A DNA stretch of 63,247 bases, counting the filler, from Sphacelaria rigidula (Eukaryota), in the NCBI GenBank assembly GCA_964200075.2. It is 5 parts of 5 records of this genome, joined end to end, with 100 filler letters (N's around TTAATTAATTAA, not from the genome) between each part and the next. Parts side by side here need not be neighbours in the genome. Positions count along the whole stretch, not along the records: positions 1 to 12,572 come from CAXNAA020003615.1; positions 12,673 to 25,243 come from CAXNAA020003616.1; 3 more parts are not named here. One strand, given 5' to 3'. A model generated the notes under the pieces. It saw nothing but the letters and a program-made list of their open reading frames with translations, was not told the DNA's origin and did not search any database. The position numbers and the translations under genes were made by a program. Position 1 is the first letter of the stretch, and the number at the start of each line of letters is the position of its first letter. Below, piece after piece: positions 1 through 13,527 of the stretch.

Positions 1-854
1 CGCCCTCTACAGTCACTCTCCTTCACTACCATCAGTTCTCCGTTTTATGAGGAAACTGCGAGTTCTGCTTTTCTTGGCCAAATAAGCGCCCAATCAACCA
101 TTTGTCCCCCTGATTTTATTCTGAAGCTGCGGAAGCAAGTGGTCTAATCAACCACGGTGCAACCTCTGCATACTACTGTTCGCTGAACAGTAGTTGGCCT
201 GTCGTAAGGACAGTGTCACGACCACGAATTATTCCAACACATGTGTTTGCTCTGATTCAAGGTCATACGTTACCGTGATCCAACTTCCCATGTTTCGAGC
301 TCTCTCAGAATCATGGATATAGCGATAGTGCCGCTTCAAGTGCAAAACGAAGAATCCGCTGCCTGGATCATCGTTCCGTGAGGCAATCCATTCCCGGTAG
401 AAGAGGACCTGCCATAATTTCGCCTGATTTCAAATATATACCATGGACAGCATGACATGACACCGGTACACTTTGGAAAGTGAGAAAACACCGGACGGAT
501 CTTGGGGTCAGTTTTCAGGGGATGGCACATTTTTCATGTCCTGCACCAGGCCCAAAACACCTCAATGTGCCCAACGTTGGCGGGGTGAGGGTACTACTCT
601 ATACCCTTGTGACCAGGCTACTCGACTTAGCCAGACCTCAGAAGCTGAAGTCGGTTCACGTGCTAGGGGGGGGGGCTTTTCACGTGCTGGGGGTATATTG
701 CTGGACTCAGAACAAGATGTGAATCGTTTTCGAGGTATTGATATGAGCTGTCCGCGAGTCATTAAGATTAAGCTGTGTGCAGTAGTTATGGAATACAGCG
801 GTGAGGCGGCTGATTTCTCGAGTTACTTGAAGACCACGCCGCATCGTACAGGAG

Positions 855-2950
855 GGTGGGGCGTGCTCATTTGTTACTTGCCCTAGTCGTTCGTCCATTG
901 ACCACGCACCCCTTCCGAGACGGAGCACCGTCACTACTCCCAATAGAGACACCTCCAAGATTCCGGCGATCATTACTTGTCTTACATACATTCCACAAGA
1001 ACCTTTTATATGTCTTATTCCCGTCCTGCTTCGCCGTCTGTGGCCATCATCTATCTCCTAGTATAACCATCGTTTTCTCGCTACTGTCTGACGTATCAAA
1101 CGATTTCATGCCACCTTCGTTCACGTCCCGCATTTTCCCCTCTAGCACATCCCGTTTCTCCTTGTATAGTCCACATCCTGCCACTATACGAGTTATGCTC
1201 TCTATCGCTTTGCCACAGAGGCAGTTCTGTCCATCTACTTCATGCTCTATACGGCTACTGATATATCCCTTCCTTCTTTCTGGCGGGTCCAGGTACCCCA
1301 CCCCAAATCGCAGTTTCAATTGTTTCGCCGCGTTCATGTGACCATGCAGATATGTTTTCATTCCGACGCCTTTCTCAACCCCCCGTACATCTCTGGGTGT
1401 TTCTTCCTCGTCCGCTTCGCATCTGAGAGTTCTTTTTTCCCTTGTTCCCATCACGTCTCTTACTTTTGTCTTGTATCCAGCGCCTTCACCTATGGACAGT
1501 ATTTCGTTTTGGTTTCCTCCTATCTCCTTCCATACTTTATCGACTACATTATCTCACCTTATTCCAGCATGCCCTTTCGTACTTTTCTTCCAAACAGCCC
1601 TATCAACTATAGCTGGCACTCTCTTCCTCTACATGTTCTTTACGCTATTTTGCCATCGCAATTTCCTCATGTCTCTGTTAGTTTGAAGTGAGTACATTCC
1701 CAACTCTGCTCCCGATGCTGTACTACTAATCGTTTTCGAGCATCCAAGCATCTTCTTAGCTACTGCCATCTGTACTGCTTCCAACTTCTTCACCAACTTC
1801 ACGTTCCTTCCCCATACTTCTCCCGCATATCCCAGCTTAGGTACGATCACATCCATTGGGATACATATCTTAATCCTAGTGTCCAGATGCGAGTATCTGA
1901 GGACCACATTCATCCTTCTTATCTGTGCCTTACCCTTTCCTAATATTTTATTCATGCGTGCATCCCAAAAACAGTTCCCAGAGATCTCTACACCAAGGTA
2001 TGTATTCTGGTCTACGATTGGCAGTTCCTCCTCTGCCCACTTCCACTTGAACTCTACTGGAGTTTTCTTATCTTCGTTACAGACGAGTATCACGCCTTTT
2101 GTAACATTCGCTGTCGCTCTCCATTCCCTGGTGTATTCTAGAGCCTTTTCTATTTGCTTTTGCAATCCTTCTGCTGTTCCTTAAATCCCCACAATATCAT
2201 CTGCGAACATCAAACCTGATATCATATCTTCACCCACATTGACTCCTTGATTTGCTGTCTCTATTGCTATTTTCAACTCATTAATGAATACTTTGAATAG
2301 AGTGGGTGATAACGCGCATCCTTGTGAAACTCCTTGTAAGATATAAAAATATGTCGACATTGCCCCGTCTAGCATCATTGCACTTTTGGCACATTTTGTC
2401 ATCTCCTTCACCATTCTCCACATCTTTCCTCTGATCCCAGTTTCCCACCACTTTTTCCACAGCCCATTTCTCCAAACTGTATCATGAGCCTTTTGCACGT
2501 CTAGAAAGAAATAGCACGTTGTCAGCCCGGTGTCTTTCCCACCCTGAATAATCTTGTACACATTCTACGCCACTACGGTTTGGTCTGAATCCTTCTCGTC
2601 CCTCGCTGATGTGATCGTCCTTTTCTAGCATCGTTCCTACTCGGTCATTCAGAACCTTACAGAACGTTTTCCCTACCGTTCTCAGTAGCGCTATCCCTCT
2701 ATAGTTTCCTGTGTCAGCCTCGTCTCCTTTTTTGGAAAGATTGACTATCACTCCTTCTCTTCACCTCTTGAGTGTGTGCTCGTTCCCTCATATCCAATTG
2801 TACAGGATAACCATCATAGCAATCATTCCCTCCCCCCCGTACTTTAGAAATTCATTCACTATCCCGTTTGCCCCTGCTGCTTTTTGCATCGTACAAGGGG
2901 GGATAGAAAACATCAGTTCACCTAACCAGTCGTTTATGTAACATACATCT
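855..2950 (-). mobile_element. Degenerate, 5'-truncated non-LTR retrotransposon (LINE): reverse transcriptase plus C-terminal region and 3' end
   Basis: Frameshifted minus-strand ORFs give RT motifs in order: KAAGANGIVNEFLK (2788-2988), NYRGIALL (2482-2751), FFLDVQKAHDTVWR, QGVSQGCALSPTLF and LMFADD (2181-2561), YLGVEI (1629-2165), then a Cys-containing C-terminus (1047-1454). The 3' terminus near 860-960 recurs elsewhere in the window. Confidence 0.92.
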
Positions 2951-5617
2951 CTCCTACGGCTACTCCATCTGCTTCCCGAGGTCTTCACACTAATTTCTTG
3001 GTGGTTTTCTACCAGTTCCCTAGATGTTTCCGTAAGGATAAGAATGTGAAGCGGGGAGGGGGAAGGGGGGCGGAACTAGGGGATATGCCACCCCTGGCCG
3101 ATTTCGAAAATCGCAGCAACTTTTCCAAGCCAATAATTTCAGATAAAAAGATAGCCGCGACACGTGTTTCCCACGAGGAAGAGCGTTGACGATTCTTTGG
3201 GCGGGTTGACAGCACGGTCCACCGTTCAGACTAGAACTGCAAAATCCGAGGGAGTAGTCATCCGAAAATCAGCCTGGCATCGTCCTTGTCGTCATTCACT
3301 TGCTAAATGCCGTCAGAGAAGGAAGACCCCCTGTTCCACATGTGAACGGTGTTACGTTCGTTTGGGCGAGAATGTGACCTTTCCGTTCCAACAAGGTGAT
3401 TTTTTTTCCCCGCAAACGGTTACTATCCCGCGTGCATTTGCAATACTGTACCCACATACGACTTCCAGACCGGAAAATAGCACGTGAGCAGAATATTTAC
3501 CGAACTACACTAAACGTGGAAACTTCGAAGCGAGGGAAACGTTTCACCGCAGTGTTGACACAACCATCGGGTGATGCATAGCTCATGTAAAATAAACTAG
3601 AACACTCGGACGCGACGAAAACACGTCAGAAATGAATCTCAGTCCAGATGCACCCAAATCACGGCGGATAACCGCCGCCGCACTTTCACCCTTGACCTCC
3701 GCACAACGATACACGGAGGAATTGTCCTCATATCATGGTGTTTGAACATCGCCGGCATCTGCCACCAATCATCACCTTGGCTACCGAGCTATTACCCGTT
3801 CGTGCGCCGGCACCTAGGACGGCGACCGCCATGACGGTCGAGGTGGCATCGAAGTCGCTTCACAGTGCTTCGCCAACTGCACTAGCCGTAGTAGCAGAAG
3901 CAGCGGCAGCGGCAGCCGTAGTTGAATACAGATAAAGAGATATCCCCCGTCATTATTTCGCGGCGCGATCGAGGCGTGCCGTTCCAGCACTCCAACCCTT
4001 GTACTTTTTCATGAGCGGCTGCTGCGTGCGTTGCAGGCAGCTCGCTCCCTTGCCAGGGCTTGGAACAGAAGCGGGAACCGCGTTTCTCAGCAGTTGATAT
4101 CGGGAGAGGCGGTTGCTGCACAAGAAAGACACGGCCTCGCTATCGGTGGCGGCGGCGGCGCTACTTCCGCAGTCGACACCGCCGGGAGCCAACCATCCCG
4201 CGCTAGGCATGTCTTCAGAAACGCGACTCGCCATGCTGCCAATTTCAGCCGCACTTCCCGACCTGTTCGGCGTTCCACGGCGTTTCCTCACCCTGAGGCA
4301 GCAGTACGTCTCACCCAGTGCGCCGTGGAGCCCACAATTCAGATGCGGTGCTTGAACGGCACAGCAAGCGACGACGGAAGAAGAGCAGCTGTGCGGTGTT
4401 CGAGAGTGAACGATGTCTGTCAGAGCTGACAAAATCACGGTAGACGATATTTTATCCGTTCCCTTTACTCCAGATGTTTTGTCCTCATGCAACGCGGGTC
4501 CTCCGCGAGCTTTCTACTTGCTAGCATCGGGAACAATTTTTTCGTGAGATTGAGAGTAGAGGATACGATCGAGAGTGAAAAGCGGTCAATCAGCGAATGA
4601 ATCGTTTCAGTTCCGAAATGCTCCTCCACGTGGCCCATTATTATTTCTGTAGTGGCTTGCCACTGAGGCGCTTGATATCCCTGAGTAGGATATCGACGTG
4701 TAGCTGTAAGCACTCGGCAGTGATAGAGGCAAAGAAGAGCACACACGGAACGAAAGATTGGCTAAGTTGAAGCAACTCTCAATCCGCGCTCTACTCTCAA
4801 TCTCAAGAAAACGTTGTTCAAGACAAGTGTGAATCGGGGCGCCAGCCTGCGCCGGATTTGGACTTGGCGGATGTGCCTGATTGGAGTTTTCTCCTGTATC
4901 CTGTATTTTTTCCGATGTCGAATTGACGAGGCAGTAACGGTGGGGAGTGGTGGTTTCGGTCACGTTGCGTTGATGTTGTGCATGATAATGATGATATGTT
5001 TGTGCGTGCAAGCCCCCACCCAGAAACGCGGGAAACACATTTTTACCCTCATTGACCGCGTGGGTGGGAAATCTGGGTCTCAAATTCATTTCCAAGCGAA
5101 AACGATACTGACTCATCAGAAGACCTACCCTGAAGGTGAACGGATCAGCGCTTTGACGGCATAGTCCACGTGATATTTATTGCAGCCGCATTTGTGCATT
5201 GATATCATGTCACGGATTGAGTTTCTGCACAGATGCAAGATATCGAAAACGGCCTCAGTTCGCAGTCCAAGAGTGACTACGTCCCATGCGCAGCCGGTTG
5301 TTAACTCTACTGGCAAAATCTAACTATAGTTTCAAGGCAATGTTTGGTTTTTGCTTGTTTGAGTGGCGATTGTTTTGGATATTTTTTTCCTTGGGTGTTG
5401 CTCCCTTCAAATATTTCCATATGTTGCGATATTTGCTTCATTCAAACGACGATGTGTCTAGGTCGGCGCCACGAGATAAGGTGGGGACTTCGGTAACCTG
5501 GCTGAAGATGATAGTGTAGCTTACCGAGTATCCCTTTGATCCGATGCACCACTTTTAGTAGCAGGTGTAAGGGAGTGTGACTTTCATTATTTTGCTTTGT
5601 ACAGTTCTGTTTTTCTT

Positions 5618-5620
<3 letters not shown>

Positions 5621-5651
<31 letters not shown>

Positions 5652-5731
5652 ACGCTTTTGAATTTTTGCAAGCTCCTTGGAAAAATTATTTCACTCTCCC
5701 TCCACGCTTCTACGCAATCTCAGCCTCGTGT

Positions 5732-5770
<39 letters not shown>
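5621..5770. repeat. (CTG)n and (TTG)n microsatellites
   Basis: CTG run at about 5621-5651 and TTG run at about 5733-5770, read directly. Confidence 0.95.
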
Positions 5771-7084
5771 GCTATCTTTATTCATATTATTATGGCTGGA
5801 GCTGGTAAAGTCATTTTTGCTGCTGTGATGGTGAATAAGTGGTGGTTATGCAGGTGGCGCACTCCTTGTTGCCAGATAGCGCTGCTATTGCAAGATATTG
5901 TTGTCTTCACTGCGATTGCCTGCCAGGGGATGTCCAGCTCGTTGTCTTCGATATGCCGTGATCGCGAGACGCGTTCCGGCGTCTTCATGTATACCCGTCT
6001 ACTCCCAACGAAACTCCAGATAGTCCACTTCGTGTAGACCTGCTAGCGACTCTCTGGTAGTTTGACCACGTGCACGACACTCATCACGCATGGTGTGGAT
6101 GCAAGTATCGCCACTAAACGAAATAAAATGATGGAGAGTGTGATGCCTGCGGCAAATCACGTTCGTGTGCTACGCTTATCATCTTTTTCACGTTTGAGAT
6201 GTCAACCTCTTGTTTCTCCTTTTGTTTTTCAGCAACTAACCTCCTCCTTGCTTGCCCGTGGCATGTGTCTCCAATCCCATTGAGCTGTGTTGCACGGACA
6301 CGTACACCAAGACGGGGGACCAAGAAAATGAAACAGGAGCACGTCTCGAATCCCGCATAATTCTCTGTGTTGGCCATTTAACACGTTCCCCATTCCATGA
6401 TTTTTTCTTATGTACTTGTTTCCTCGAACAAGTTACTGTCTAGCTGGTATAACTCCACCAGAGCGCAGACAATTTTCCCTCGTGCCATCTTTCTCTGTGT
6501 CAATTTTGACGTCTACTCGCGTTTTTCCTGGTCATTTGTTTGCCGTGCCCCCCTTTTAGTATATCGAAAAGGCAGCCATGGTTACGTCAAAGTCTGATAC
6601 TTCTTGACGAATGCACGTGATGTCTTGAAAAGAGGGCACTGTGCTCTTTGTCGTTACCAATGAGAAAGAACCACCAGCTTTCTGCCGGATCTCCAATCGA
6701 AGCTATTCACAGCGTAAGTGCGCGAGGGGGCAAGATGGATGTGCTACCGTCCCATAGTCTCCTCGGTCACATACGGTCGTATTTTCAGCCCACGAAGCGC
6801 AATATTCGCATCATTTTGAGGTATACAGTCGGTGCCGACGGGGCACTAGGCACACAGCACTACTCCATTTGACCAGCCCCCCGATCCCTTATTGAAATTT
6901 ACTCTTTACTTCGCCCAACTATGCCCTGCTGAAGGAGGAGACGATGCCAGCTGAAGGTGCTTGGCCTGAGATGGCTGAAGTAGCCGACGAGTGACTTGCG
7001 CATGCCAGGTGCACGCTCACCGAACTCGTGAGCATCAGCGCCCTTCTCTTTTCCCACTTACCCCGCTCTTCTTCCGGAGATTCT

Positions 7085-7376
7085 GGTGAGGGAAAAATGT
7101 GAGGGGTAAATGAAGGTGACATGAATTCGTTAGGTACATTGGATAGTAGCGAGAAAACGATCGTTTCACACGGAGGTAGATGGTGGTCACACACGGCGAA
7201 ACAGGAAGGGGATAATGTATATGAAAGGTGCTTATGTAATGTATGGGAGAAATTTTACTAGCGCTCAAATGTTGGAGGTTTCTCCATTAGGACTAGGAAC
7301 GATGCTCCGTCTCGAAAGGAGCACGTGGTCATTGGTCAAACGACTAACGCAAGCAACAAATGAGTACGCCCCTCCC
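7085..7376 (+). mobile_element. 3' fragment of the same LINE family as 855-2950
   Basis: Similar to the reverse complement of about 860-1140; ends TGCTCCGTCTCGAAAGG...GCAAGCAACAAATGAGTACGCCCCTCCC. Confidence 0.85.
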
Positions 7377-7794
7377 TTTTCACCCGATCCATCACTCGCA
7401 CTATGTCATCGAATACTACTCCGTATAACAGAATTTTCTCCACCGCCGTGCTCAGGACGACGGTGGAAAATATGCCAGATAGAAACGGCGCTGTCTCTGT
7501 CCGATATTGAGCTAGCCCGACAACTCTCCGATATTCACACGCACACAACCCCGCATCACATTGTGGACTTTTGCGATTGACTGCGATCGTTGTGGCGAAA
7601 AATTCGGACCTCGCAAGAAAGGTCCAGGGGAGAGTGCGGTCGACTGTGTCATACGCGGTGGCTGGGTCATTGTGTTGCTTGGGAAACTCCGCCATCAGAT
7701 CACTCAATGACTCAACAGTCTTATGGTGAACTTATGGTGAACTTGGTGAACTTTCTGTGACCAACAAAACTAGTTGTACTCTTGAGCCCGAAAG

Positions 7795-8230
7795 CTCTCC
7801 GATGCTTACCCCGAGGGCCATCGCTGCTAGCGCTACTGTCATGTTCCCGGGTCTGAACTCACCAGCGTAATTCAACTCCTTTTGGAATCGTTTTCGGCCA
7901 AGAAATTAACTTTCTTTCCGGACAATCGTTTCGGCCAAGAAGAATAATAATTGAACCGGGAATCGAGTGCCGTTCTTGTTTCTTTTGTTTTTTTACAGGG
8001 AGCCCAGTATTTTTGGGAAATGGTGGAGTTTTTCAGACGAAGATAAGAAACACCGAGGTCGATTCCCGCTTTACCTGTCATCAATCTTGGCCGGAACGAT
8101 TTTCCCGGAAATATTAATATTTCCCGGTCAAAATAACTATACGAGAAATTGAAAGACTTCAGTCTGTTTGAGCCCGATAGCGCCAGTAGCACTGGCGAGG
8201 GGTGATCAGTCTCGGAGTTGCGACCGCATA
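7795..8230. mobile_element. Small MITE-like element with ends related to those of the adjacent 8341-9690 element
   Basis: The left end CTCCGATGCTTACCCC..GCTAGCGCTA is an imperfect inverted match to the right end TAGCGCCAGTAGCACTGGCGAGGGGTGATCAGTCTCGGAG. The A/T-tract-rich interior is non-coding. Confidence 0.5.
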
Positions 8231-8340
8231 GGTGACTTGGATTCGTGAAAATAACTCCAACAGTAGACCAAGCAGTGAGAGTGGTTTTATTGTGGACGTT
8301 CTCGAAGGAACAAAATACATTTTTTCAAGCTCGAATCTTT

Positions 8341-9690
8341 ACCGGTCGCGACTCCGATGCTCATCGCCCCCTCGCCAGCACTACAGGCGTAAGCCCGTGC
8401 CTGACTCACTAACGCTAACGCCTTTCAATTTTTCCCGCTCTTGGCTACGCGAATCAGATAACAAACGAACCGGGAATCAAACTCGGTACTTCGCCTTGTT
8501 CGTTAGAGGAACTCCACCATGGAACCACTCAGCCAGCGTCGAACTCGGCACCTCGTCGTGCTCGTCGGCGAGCAATGCTACGGTAGAGGTGCACATTTTG
8601 CGCAAAATTTTGTCTGGTCCAGGGGCTCCTAACGATTCTAGATACATGTGGAGATCGCCATTTGGGCATGTGCGGAGAGATTTCCTTTTATGACGTGTAA
8701 CCTAGTGAACGGCTGTTACAGGGGTAAGTTCGCAGGAGCCCCAAAACTGCCATATCTGTACAGCCGGATCTGGGACCACAAGGTAACAGAGATCTTCCTA
8801 GCGAACTGCTGGCTATCCCTGGGGATCACTCTTGACCAAGACTCTCAGACTTCGTCATCGGGCTAACTCGCTCGCGCTCGTCGAGCTCTCCTGAGTGATC
8901 CACTTTGCCTCAACCCCAGGACTTACGGTCAATCCTTGACTACATAACCCGAGGGAAATCATTGGCCACCTTCGACGGTTCCTACCGTCACCGGGAGTCT
9001 CACGACTTCCACATTGGCAAACACCAGTTTCAGACAAGTGTGCGAGACCCTCGGATTTTTTCTTTTCTACCCCGTTATACATCATTCATCATGGAGAGGA
9101 ACATCAACAAAAACAGCGGAAGCAGCAGCGGCGGATCGAGCTCTCCTGAGTGATCCACTTTGCCTCAACCTCACGACTTACGGTCAATCCTTGACTACAT
9201 AACCCGAGGGAAATCATTGGCCACCTTCGACGGTTCCTACCGTCACCGGGAGTCTCACGACTTCCACATACACAAGGATATGGGTCAGGGCATCCCCGTT
9301 TTGCAAAATTCGGGATATCCCCAGCACATTGGAATAGTAATCCTGGCGTACTCTCACACATTTTCATGAGTCGCGTATTAGATGACATGAACGGCTCCTG
9401 ACGATTATAACCTCAGAAAATATTTGTGCACCCCTACCGTGGCATCACTCCGGCGGAGTTCCACCATTATTCCTCACAGTCCGCGCTGACTGAGTGGTCT
9501 AATGGGCTGGCTGAGTGGTCGAATGGTGGAGGTCCTCGAACGCACGTGTCGAAGCACGGAGTTTGATTCTTGGTTCGTTCCTCATATTTGTTGGCTAAGA
9601 ATGGGTGAGATTGAGGGGTGATAATGAAATCAGGTCCAGGCACACACGTTAGAAGCACTGGCGAGAGGCGATGAGCCCAAGAGTACGCCC
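8341..9690. mobile_element. Non-autonomous TIR element with long (about 300 bp) imperfect inverted arms and an internal 134-bp direct duplication
   Basis: About 8341-8630 matches the reverse complement of about 9390-9690 (e.g. GGAACTCCACCATGGAACCACTCAGCCAGC vs GCTGAGTGGTCGAATGGTGGAGGTCC). 8881-9014 is nearly identical to 9136-9269. The same family occurs at 58420-58610. Confidence 0.75.
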
Positions 9691-12300
9691 GGGGAGGTTC
9701 GAGCGCAGCAGTGTTTCGGTGTTTGCGTCATCTGGTCTGGACGCCAGTCTTTACCTTTCGATATATGCAGGTGCATCAGCCGGGGTCACAGGGGAGGAAG
9801 GTCAACACAGGAGAAAAACATTATTTATTCTGCTGTAGCAATCTCACTTCCTCCTGCAGTGCTTGCCTTACTTTTTCATCGCGCAGCGAGAAAGGGGTTC
9901 AGCTGTCCTTTTCCTTCTCGTCGACCGTGAAGTCGAACTTTGTGTACCCACGACAATTAAGTCACTCTCCACTGTTGGGGAAGAAGGTGTGGGAAAAATC
10001 CCACATCGTGCGACTTTACCGAGATTCAAGCTCATGTTCCAACCGTCGAAAAGGTTTCGAGGTTACCAATGGGACACGGTATGCTGTGTGATCACCGCGA
10101 TGCTCAGAATTGCCTAGTAGTTCGGGAGAGCCCAGAACACCCCGAAGGTTATGGTGAATGTCGAGCGCCAGGCGGCAGCACCCCCGTTGTTCTTCTGAAG
10201 GAATTTTTCCCGTGACTCAGGTATGGACTAAGCCAGATCACGGCGATATCTTGCGCAGCATATTACTGGTGCGTGCTACTATTGATTTGCCTCGGCATCT
10301 ACTGTCACAAGTTCGCGTTCACTCTGACGTCAACTTGAAGTGCACCATCGAATTGCACCGTGGACAATCACCTGCACTGCAGTTTGCTGCAAATACATGA
10401 CAAACCAGGTACTGTAGAGACGACGCCGCGCGATCAGCTGGAAACATCGTATAATTCTATGAGGCTACGAGCATAAGCTTGGCCTTGAACGATGGCTACT
10501 AGAGGGCCTCACTTGTGTATGCAGTGAAAGTATGCGTCAGGCAAGACAAGGTGATCTCTGTTTGCGTGGTGCGCATGTCGTTTGAGACGCCAGAGTGGAA
10601 AATGACTGTAGAGTTAACATAGTACGTCTATCTTTCGAATCACGTGCTGGATAATATCTTTCGCGAGTTCGTGCCCTATGGTCGGTATAGTTGCACCAGA
10701 CTTCTTGAAGAAAATCTCTGTAAAGTTTACTAGACTTTGTCGCCACTACATATGCGGGTAAATGCTTCTACAAGCCCGTCGAAACCGCCGCAACTTGATT
10801 TGGGAAGGGTGGTAAAATACGTGACGCTATTTTGGGGGGAATCTGCCGATGTTGCATTATTTTAGATTCGTATCAGCACAGGCACAAGATTGTCTTGTCC
10901 CGAATCGACCGGGGTACATGACGTGAGAAAGTAAAGAGCAGCGCCGACTGACGAACGGGAACAAATAGGACACAAAAAACAAAACGCGTTGCGCTTGTGT
11001 CATTTTCGAATACAGAGTAGAAAACGCAGCGAGTAGGTCGCTGGGTTTTTACGGTGTGAATTGATTGTCATCTTGACTACGGTAGTGCACTGCAAACACA
11101 AAGGAAATAAGGGAGCACAAACGCAAGAGAGAAGAGACGCAGCTGGAGCTAAATAACATGGGTAACGCAGCCTCATCTATCTTTGGCGGTGGCGATACTT
11201 CCTCTGAGGCTCCTCAGGTGAACATAATTGTTGCATAGATCTGCGCATCGCTACGGCTACAGTAGTCGATCTGAAGTTGGGAACTCGCCACGAGTAACGG
11301 TGGATAACACCCCTAGGTAGTATGATGTTCAACCTCGACTTTTTCCGAATGTGCTTTACCAGCAGCACTAAAACGTGTATCTCTGCAGAAGAATCACCCT
11401 CATTTATCCCTCAAAATAACTTTTCCCGCGGCGATGCAGCTTCCCCCTGAAGAATACTGATTGCCAAAAACACGGTCAGGGTGGTATATACCGTCGTGCA
11501 ACGTACTCTGTGCTCTGCATCGTGTACAAACGGTACTACCGCCGGCGACCGCCGGCGATGTCTCTGCACTGACATGTATTTAGTGTATCTTGAAGTGTAG
11601 CAGTCAATCTGACGTTGTGATTCGAGCACTACCGTAGCGCACTCTTTTGCGTGTATGTGCGGCGGGCTAAAGAGTTGATTGCTCTCTCTTTCTCGTGCGC
11701 ACTCTGTTTGTCTGGCTATTCTACTTGACTGTTGATAGTTCGTCGACAGTAGTCCACAATCAACAATGCGCTTCCCAAAACTTGCGGGAGGACGAGATGA
11801 TTTCGCAGTAATCAGGAAAACATTGTGCTGTACACCCCCGTTCGCATGTAGCGGTAAGGATAGGGACACTTCTGGGAGGAACCTTGATCATGCGATCGTT
11901 GCTTCAAGGGCTGCAGTACGGAGTATCGTATACGCGACCAGGTGCAGCTTGTATTTTATCGTGGGGAAATCACCTTGAAAAAACCCGTACTGTTGTACTT
12001 TGACAGCAGTCACAGCAGTCAGTTCCTAGTTCCTGCTTTCACTTTATTTCATGGCGTTGGAATATCTGCTCGCAATGCCGGCATTCCTCATTCCGCGGAA
12101 ACATCGAAGAAACGTACCAGTCACAATTCGCCCAATGATGCGAAAGCCTCGGAATGCCCCGTGATTATCCTAGAGACGCTGCGAGAACGGAGGCAGAGAT
12201 CCCAAAGCATCGTGTAAAGCTGTTTGCGGAGCGTTTTCGAGTCCCGAATTTCCGGTACATATCACGCCGCCGGCAATGTGTCTGTTGTCCCTATAACCAG

Positions 12301-12547
12301 GATCACGGGACTAGCAGCTTTCGTAGCAGCCACAGCCGCCGGAGTCAGCACTGTGACTGCTGCTCTCACGCGCGCTTCAGCTCGAGAGGAGAAGGCCAAG
12401 GCAGAGGCCGCCGTTGGTGAGCTGCTTGCCCGCGAGTCGCTCTGCCGAGTGGCGTTGGGGGGCGCAAGTGCCCTGGTCCCCTTGGTGGCGGCGTTAAACC
12501 GCTGGGGGAAGCACAAGAGGTGCAACGAACTGGAGCTCAGCGCTCAG
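12301..12547 (+). CDS. Isolated internal exon of an unidentified host gene (Ala-rich, helical)
   Basis: Acceptor ...ccctataaccAG at 12299-12300 and donor CAG|GTGATT at 12548; open GC-rich frame ITGLAAFVAATAAG...NELELSAQ. Confidence 0.55.
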
Positions 12548-12572
12548 GTGATTTCCGAGAAAATTCCGGGAA

Positions 12573-12672
12573 NNNNNNNNNNNNNNNNNNNNNNNNNNNN
12601 NNNNNNNNNNNNNNNNTTAATTAATTAANNNNNNNNNNNNNNNNNNNNNNNNNNNNNNNNNNNNNNNNNNNN
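12573..12672. other. Artificial contig linker (N44-TTAATTAATTAA-N44)
   Basis: Identical 100-nt spacer with stops in all six frames, repeated four times in the window. Confidence 0.98.
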
Positions 12673-12744
12673 AGGATGTCTGACACACTTCTGAACCTCG
12701 TTTTTCGTGCAACCAAATACCCCCCCCCTATCGTAGGATGACTC

Positions 12745-13527
12745 CACGTTCATCAGGATACATATCTTCTTCTTAGTGTCTAGGTGCGAGTCTCTGAGGA
12801 TCACGTCCATCTTGCCTGTCTGTGCCTTACCCTTTTTTATCACTTTATTTATGTGTCCATCCCAAGAACAGTTTCTTGAGATATCTATGCCAAGGTATGT
12901 ACACTGGTCTAAGATCGGTAATTCCTCTTCTCCCCACTTCCATTTGAACTCTACCGGATTCTTCTTATCTTCGTTACAGACGAGTACCGCGCATTTGGTA
13001 ACGTTCATCACTCTCCATTTCCTAGTGTATTCCAAAGACTTTTCTATTTGCTGCTGCAACTCTTCTATTGTTCCTCAAATCCTCACAAAGTCATCCGCGA
13101 ACATCAATGTTGATACCATATCTTCACCCACCTTGACCCCTTGCTTTGCTGCTTATATTGCTGTTATCAAGTCATTGATAGATACCTTGAACAATGTGTG
13201 TGACAACGTACATCCTTGTGCAACTCCTTGCAGAATATTAAAATATTTCGATATTTTCCCGTCTAGTATCATGGCACTCTTGGCACATTCTGTCATCTTC
13301 TTCACCATTCTCCACATCTTTCCTCTGATCCCAGCTTCCCACAACGGTTTCCCCAGTCCATTCCTCCATACTGTGTCGTGAGCCTTTTGCACGTCCAGGA
13401 AAAAATAGTACCCTGTCAGCCTGGTGTCTTTCCTACCCTGTATAATCTTACGTAGTGTGCTACGTAACTACGGTTTGCTCTAAAACCTGCTTGTCCCTCA
13501 CTGACTTTGCCTTCCTTTTCTAGCATG
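12745..13527 (-). mobile_element. Second degenerate LINE RT fragment, same family as 855-2950
   Basis: QKAHDTVWRNGL, QGVAQGCTLSHTLF and EYTRKWRV..CTYLGIDIS; collinear with about 1850-2630. Confidence 0.92.

Noticed and set aside
3735-4430. GC-rich ORFs as a protein-coding gene
   Set aside because: ORFs overlap in several frames, with no recognisable motif and no confident splice model.
5577-6037. Poly-Cys/Leu/Val ORFs (also 16140-16604 and 39974-40241)
   Set aside because: These are translations of microsatellites.
12617-12628. TTAATTAATTAA as a biological motif
   Set aside because: It is part of the artificial linker.
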